Assembly: GCA_014905635.1 (NCBI GenBank)
Contig: JABVCE010000030.1
Location: forward strand, 1-64,000
Direction: 5' to 3'
Length of the DNA stretch: 64,000 bases
Source: Scenedesmus sp. PABB004
Taxonomy: Eukaryota
In this document: positions 59,056 to 64,000 of the stretch, one piece after another
How the letters are laid out: each line of letters starts with the position of its first letter
Numbering within the stretch: the first letter of the stretch is position 1
Translations under genes and position numbers: made by a program
Notes under the pieces: generated by a model
The model's input: only the letters and a program-made list of their open reading frames with translations
Databases searched by the model: none
Told to the model about the DNA's origin: nothing

Positions 59056-59321
59056 CCGGGAGAGAGCAGAGAGAGCAGCGTAGGCCGAGCAGGCGCGGTG
59101 ACCGAGAGAGGAAAGAGCGTCGGCGGCGGCCACGCACGGTGCACGGCCGCTTCTAGACCCCGCGCGCGGCGTCAGGGCTTGGCGCGTTCGCCGACACACG
59201 CCTCCCGCCCGCCACGCCGGTGTGGCGCCGCCGCAGAGCTCCCTCCCGCACCGCCACGGCCGGCGAAGCGATCTGCGCCGCTCGGGCACTCGTGCTGCTC
59301 GCCAACCCACCGCTCGCCGCC

Positions 59322-61157
59322 ATGGCGCTGCGCAGCCTGGTGCTGAGGGCCGGCGTGCATGCGCTGCGCTCTGGTGCGGTGGCCTCGCCGGCGGCGCAGC
59401 AGGCGGCGCGCGGCTTCGCGTCGGCATCAGGCGGTGGGGTGAGTGCCGCGCGCTCGGCTCGCCGCCTTCCGCCGCGCCGGCCGGCGTGGGCCGCGGGCAT
59501 GGGCCCATGACCACGCAGGGCTGCCGTGCGGGGCGCGAGGGGGCGCGCAGGCGCCAGATCGCGGCGCTCGCGAACTCGCGGGCGTGGTCAGCAACCGCAG
59601 CCCTCGGGCGCCGCCCAGCCGCGCGGGCCGGCCCGGCGCCCTCCGCGACCGGAGAACGCCGCAAGGCCGGCCCGGGGCGGCGTGCGGCTGAGTGGCACCG
59701 CCGCCGCCGCGCCGCTGCCGCTGCCGCTGCCCGCGCGCAGTCTGGCGGCCTCATCGGCGGCCTCGCGGTGCTCGGCGCGGGCCTGTGGGCGGCCAACGAG
59801 TACGGCTACATCGACCTGAGCGGCGTCAAGAGCCAGCTGCCGCCGCTGCCCATGCTCGTGAGCCCGCCGCCGCGCCGCGCGCCCGCCGCGCCGCGTGCTT
59901 GCCGTGTGCCAAGCCCGCGCCGCCGCGCCGCGCCGCGCCGCGCCGCGCCTGCCAGGAGGCGAAGAAGGACTACGGCGCGGTGCGCAAGGCGATCGAGGAC
60001 CTGCTGGACGCGGACGACTACGACGACGGCAGCTACGGCCCCGTGCTCGTGCGCCTCGCGTGGCACGCGTCGGGCACGTACGACAAGGCCTCCGGCACGG
60101 GCGGCTCCAACGGCGCGACGATGCGCTTTGCGCCGGAGAGCGAGCACGGCGCCAACGCGGGCCTCGCCGTCGCGCGGGGGCTGCTGGAGCCGGTCAAGGC
60201 ACAGTACCCGTGGATCAGCTACGCCGACCTCTGGACCCTCGCGGGCGCGGTCGCGATCGAGGCCATGGGCGGTGCGCCGACGGGCCTGCAGAGGGGGGGG
60301 GGGCTCTCGCCGGCTGGGCGGACGCGCGCGCGCCGCACGCGCGCCCCAGCAGCAGCGCGGCGGCGCGACGGCGCGGGCGCTCACGCCGGCGCCGCGTTCG
60401 CTGCGCGCCGCAGGCCCGGCCATCCCCTGGAGCCCCGGGCGCGTGGACAAGGCCGACGGCAGCGCCTGCCCGCCCGACGGCCGCCTGCCCGACGCGGCGC
60501 AGGGCGCGGGCCACGTGCGCGACATCTTTGGCCGCATGGGCTTTGACGACCGGTGCGCCGCCGCGCCTGGCCGCCGCGCCGAGCTGCCGCGGCGGGGCGC
60601 GCCCGCGCACCGCCAGCCACCCGCCGACGCCGCCACCGCCGCCGCCGCCCGCCTGCCTGCCGCCGCCGCCGCCTCCGCCCGGGCGCAGCGAGATGGTCGC
60701 GCTGGTCGGCGCGCACACGGTGGGGCGCTGCCACACCGACCGCAGCGGCTACAGCGGGCCGTGGACCAACGCGCCGATCACGTTCTCGAACCTGTACTTC
60801 CAGGTGCGTGCGCGGCGCGGCGCGGCTCGGGCGCGCGTGCAGAAGCACGGCGGGCGCCCGCGCCGGCGGCGCGCGGCTGCGCGCCTCTCTGACGCGCCGC
60901 GCGCGCCGCGCGCCCTCGTGCGCGCGCAGGAGCTGGTGAACAACAAGTGGCGCAAGAAGAAGTGGAGCGGGCCGCTGCAGTACGAGGACAAGAGCGGGGC
61001 GCTGATGATGCTGCCCGCCGACATGGCGCTGCTCTGGGACCGCAAGTTCAAGGCCTACGTCGACCTCTACGCCAAGGACGAGGAGGCGTTCTTCAAGGAC
61101 TTTGCCGCCGCGTTCGGCAAGCTGCTTGCGCTCGGCGTGCCCGCGCCGTCGGCGTGA
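59322..61157 (+). CDS. CCP1: Mitochondrial cytochrome c peroxidase (class I heme peroxidase); multi-exon
   Basis: Presequence plus a hydrophobic stop-transfer segment; [21 protein letters not shown] (distal R-W-H), [19 protein letters not shown] (proximal His), [16 protein letters not shown]. Confidence 0.9.
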
Positions 61158-61360
61158 GCGGGCCGCGGCGCGGCGGTGTGACGGCCTCTGCGCCCGAGTG
61201 AGTGATCTATCGCGCCAAGACCAAGCAACACACGCGCTGTGGGTGGTCGGGGTGGGGGCGTGGGCTGTGCGTGGGCTGTGCGTGGGCTGTGCGCCGGCGG
61301 TCTCTGTTCTGCGTCTGCGTCGTAAACGCCTCCTGTTGCCCAGCGCCGCCGCCCGCGCCC

Positions 61361-61857
61361 TCAGTCCGCCGCGTCGGCCAGCGCGGCCGCCGCGGCGCCG
61401 CCGCCGCCGCCGCCCAGCGCGGCGCCGCCGTCGTCGTCGGCGACCTCCAGCCCCGCCGCGTCGCAGTCAAAGACGAAGCAGCGCGCCGCGTGCTCCATGG
61501 CGCTGCACACGCTCGGCGCGTCCTCGTCCTCGTACGCCTGGCGGAGCACCTCCGGTGCCGACACCTTCCACAGCGCCTTGCGCCCCGCGTCGGTGGCGGC
61601 CTGCAGCGCGGCGCGGCACGGCGGCAGTGGGACCGCCGGCCAGTGGAGCCGCTGGTGGCCAGCCGCTCGCTCGCGGCCCGCGGCGCCCGCGCCGCTGGGG
61701 CCGCGCGCGCACCAGCACCGCCACCGCCTCGGCCAGCGCCTCCCGCACAGTGACGTCAGGGTCGCGCCCGCTGCCGCTCGCCGCTGGCGCCGCTGCGCCG
61801 GCGCTGCCATTGGCCGCGGGCGCCGCCGCGCCGCCATTCGCCGCCACAGGGGCGGCC

Positions 61858-61892
<35 letters not shown>

Positions 61893-63092
61893 CAGGGGCG
61901 CCATGATGCGCTGCAGCACGAGCTCGTCGCTCACCAGCTCCGCCAGCGTGCCGTCAGCCTGCGCGCCATCGTCGCGGCGGCGAGCGGTGGCCACCCGCGG
62001 CCGCTGGGCGCGGCGGCGGGGCCAGCGCGCGGCGGCGCGCACCTCGGCCGAGATGCAGCAGTTGCGCAGCGCGCCGCTGCAGCCGCGCCGCCGCGCGAGG
62101 CTGCTGCCGGGGCCCAGCTGCGCCGCGAGCGCCTGCAGGAAGCCGCGCCCCGGCTGCAGCAGCAGCTGCCGCCCCGGCGCCAGGCGCGTGGCGTTGACGA
62201 GCAGCGACCCGATGTGCTCGCACGGGTCGGGCTCCCCCGGCAGCAGCGTGACGGCGCTCGTCACAAACAGCTTCAGCAGCAGCGCCCTGCGCCACGGCAG
62301 GGGCGCGCGCGGCGGCTGAGCGCTGGCCGCTGCGCCGCGCCGCGCCGCGCCGCGCCGCGGCAGCTGCCCCCGCTGCCGCCGACGTGCGCGCGACGTGCGC
62401 GCCCGCGCCGCGCACATGTGCAGGCCCTGCATGCCCGCCGCGCCCAGCTGCAGCAGGTCCTCCGCGCCCTTGTCCGCGACCGTCAGGTTGACCAGCAGCA
62501 TCAGCTGCGCCGCGGCCGGACGGACGGCGGCGCGGCGCCGGCGGCGTCGCGGGCGGCGCGGCGCCGGCGGGGCGCCGCGCGCGCTGCCTCCCGCCGCGCG
62601 CACCAGCAGCTCGATGTGGGCGCAGCTCTTGTCGCGCACAAACTCCATGATGCGCCCCACGGCGTTGAACTGCAGCAGCGCCGCCGCGAGGCCGGGGTCG
62701 CGGCTCATGTTGACGAGCGCGGAGAGCGCGAGCCGCGACGCACCGGCGTCGCCGCCCGGCACGACCCGCAGCAGCGCGCCAGTCAGTGGCACCACCACTG
62801 CCCGCAGCTGCGCCAGGCCCTCGGGGCTGGCGGACAGGCCGGCCACGATGTCGAGCGCCGCCGCGCGGACCTGGCAGCAGCGGCGTGGGCGGCAGCGGCG
62901 GGAGGGGGCAGCGCCCGGTTCAGCCGCGGCAGCGGGAGACAGCGGGGGACCAGCTCATCGCGCCGCGCCGCGCCGCTGCTCGGCGCGCGGGCCGAGCTGC
63001 GCGGGGCGCGGGAAGCAGATGGCGGCGCCTCCCCCGCGCGCCTCGGGCTTGGCGGCCCCCACGAATGCGACGAGGTCTTGGAGGTCGTTCAT
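61361..63092 (-). CDS. HGH1: HGH1 homolog (armadillo-repeat eEF2 chaperone); multi-exon
   Basis: MNDLQDLVAFVGAAKPE|VRAAALDIVAGLS..ALSALVNMS..LMLLVNLT..EHIGSLLVNATRLAPGRQLLL..RRRGCSGALRNCC..DPDVTVREALAEAVAVL|..GRKALWKVSAPEVLRQAYEDE. Confidence 0.82.
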
Positions 63093-64000
63093 GCTGCTCT
63101 CTGGCAAGGGCGCGCGGGCGCGCAGCAGGCGCAGGCGGCGGCGGCGGCTGCAGCGCAGCGCCGGGCGGGCGCCGTGAGGGGCCTGCGGAGGGCGCAGTCG
63201 AGCGCTGGTCAGTGCTGGGGCTCGCTTTCGGGCCGACCGTCGGCGGCGGCGCAGCGAGGTTCAGCGGCGGGCCGCGACCCGCGCGCCAGCCACGACACGA
63301 GCGAGCCGCGCGCGCTCGGGACGCTCGGGAGGGCACGTATGGATGCACGTGCTTACAGATTAGGTCTTGCCAGCGCCCAGCCTCGTGCCAAGCCTCGGCG
63401 AGCCCTTCGCCAGGGCTGCCCGCATTGCATAAGGGATGACGCCCCCCGAGCTCCCCTGCGCCAAGCCATGCCATGCACCAGACCGAACGCCCCGGCCCGC
63501 TGCCTCCCTCCGCCTGCCCACGGTGCACGCGCCACCAGGAAGCGGGGCGCGCAGAGCCACGGCCGCCACCGCCCAGTCGTTGCCGCCGGCTCGCGCACGC
63601 AGCCTCACCAAGGCTGCACGCGCGCCCAGCGCCGCTGCGGTGTGATTCGGCATGAGATGCACAGAACAGCGTGCAGAGCCGGCAGATCCAGGCGGCCTGC
63701 CCAGGTATGATGCGCTGCCGCGGAAGGGGGCTTCCCACGCACACGCTCTGTTCCGATGGGCTGCGCCGGAATCCCAGCGCCGCGCGCGGGGTGGTGCAAG
63801 GCGTCCTCGCCTCCCCGTGGCGCAGAACGGCCGGAGCGCGCCGTCTGCCCGTCTCGGCGGCCCGCAGAGAAAGAGCCGCAGACAGAGAAAGAGGAGGCAA
63901 CACACGGGCCACGCGGAGCGCCAGCATCACAGGCAGCAAGCGCCAATCACGCTGCTGCGCTCGACACGAGCCCGGGGCTGCTGCCGAGCGCGGCGCGCGC

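Noticed and set aside
193..63946. Hundreds of long overlapping Arg/Ala/Pro/Gly-rich ORFs in the six-frame track (e.g. 26393-29833, 47133-49766, 53651-56002, 61497-63710)
   Set aside because: Stop codons are rare at this GC content. These ORFs are antisense or off-frame shadows, or read through introns; only segments with family motifs and splice-consistent joins were accepted.
63180..64000. Possible gene or RNA gene at the right edge
   Set aside because: No convincing coding motifs or tRNA/rRNA structure. Probably the HGH1 promoter plus the UTR of a gene outside the window (TGTAA on - at about 63353-63357).

Overview
Left end of a chromosome from a very GC-rich (roughly 80% by eye) eukaryote, almost certainly a chlorophyte green alga. 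Evidence: a plant-type (CCCTAAA)n telomere, TGTAA polyadenylation signals, nuclear CHLH/YGGT/RETICULATA plastid genes and a nucleus-encoded mitochondrial rps12. The window is gene-dense, with about 24 mostly intron-containing genes; most long ORFs in the supplied track are GC artefacts or run through introns. Genes in order: subtilase with PA domain, SAP-domain protein, condensin II CAP-H2, mitochondrial Rps12, GH113-like glycoside hydrolase, membrane STI1/DP protein, CHLH, a dsRBD-cyclophilin-TPR (CYP40-like) fusion, rhomboid, membrane alpha/beta pseudo-hydrolase, FIST protein, CobW/COG0523 GTPase, Cdc24-type OB-fold protein, OSBP/ORP, a plant-type unknown protein, YGGT/YlmG, MoaC/CNX3, START/polyketide-cyclase protein, RETICULATA-like, GNAT, TFIIIC Tau95, DHH/DHHA1 phosphoesterase, cytochrome c peroxidase and HGH1. 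The strongest lead is a CYP40/SQUINT-like co-chaperone with an in-frame spliced N-terminal double-stranded-RNA-binding domain, a candidate small-RNA/RISC-loading factor. Two window-wide features also stand out: frequent non-canonical GC-AG introns, and introns with G-runs near the donor and C-runs near the acceptor. Gene models were assembled by hand, start codons are approximate, and no database searches were run.
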